Below are positions 23,886-24,120 of a DNA stretch of 24,120 nt, in pieces; position 1 is the stretch's first letter, and each line of letters starts with the position of its first letter. Location: positions 1 through 24,120 of IMG/VR virus record IMGVR_UViG_3300020220_000329. One strand, given 5' to 3'. The position numbers were made by a program, and so were the translations under genes. The notes beneath the pieces are model-generated. The model did no database searches, had not been told where the DNA came from, and saw nothing but the letters and a program-made list of their open reading frames with translations. Source of the DNA: a virus (taxonomy: Duplodnaviria; Caudoviricetes).

Positions 23886-24120
23886 TACACTTTAAGATTT
23901 TTGAACTTATTTGTGCTACGACCACGATCAAAGACTGGTTTTGATTCAGCCTCTTGCATAACTGCGTCTTGTGCTTTCTGTTCTAGATCATATAGTCTCA
24001 TCTTGGCTCGATCAACGCCAATTGTAAATCGCTTATGCAAGTTTGGATCATTGTAACGATTTTTCAATTGCTTCACAAGCATTTGATTTACTTTTTGCAG
24101 TTCTTCGTTACTTACCAATG
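23885..24120 (-). CDS. 41: C-terminal part of T4-like gp41 replicative DNA helicase (truncated by window edge)
   Basis: LVSNEEL...QMLVKQLKNRYNDP..HKRF.IGVDRAKMRLYDLEQ.AQ is the characteristic gp41 C-terminal sequence. Confidence 0.9.
   Translation of the reverse strand, partial: LVSNEELQKVNQMLVKQLKNRYNDPNLHKRFTIGVDRAKMRLYDLEQKAQDAVMQEAESKPVFDRGRSTNKFKNLKV

Overview
A gene-dense, AT-rich 24.1 kb piece of a large T4-like (myovirus-type) phage genome, with all credible genes on the minus strand. In transcription order (right to left) it holds: the C-terminus of the gp41 replicative helicase; two small HEXXH zincin-like proteins; a four-gene nucleotide-sugar cassette (RmlB, RmlA, an RfbH/DdhC-type PMP/[2Fe-2S] 3-dehydrase, an SDR reductase); then, after a T4-type late promoter, an ~18.5 kb run of large mosaic, low-complexity genes ending in a Cys-rich lipoprotein. 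The most striking signal is in that run. Three ORFs in the window begin with T4 internal-protein-like capsid targeting sequences. The large proteins are chains of unrelated modules (ligase-like, HIGH nucleotidyltransferase plus P-loop kinase, lysozyme-like, metallopeptidase, PD-(D/E)XK-like nuclease, hydrophobic hairpins, short conserved peptides) whose boundaries fall at hydrophobic-X-Glu motifs matching T4 gp21 prohead protease specificity. I infer a cassette of capsid-packaged polyproteins cut into many injected effectors. It appears to be actively remodelled: a 63-bp tandem amplification, a 48-bp segment shared by two genes, a split domain, and a GC-rich palindrome island. Family names (DUF/LPD) are recalled from motifs, not from searches, and need HMM confirmation. 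No tRNA, rRNA, CRISPR array or mobile element was recognised.
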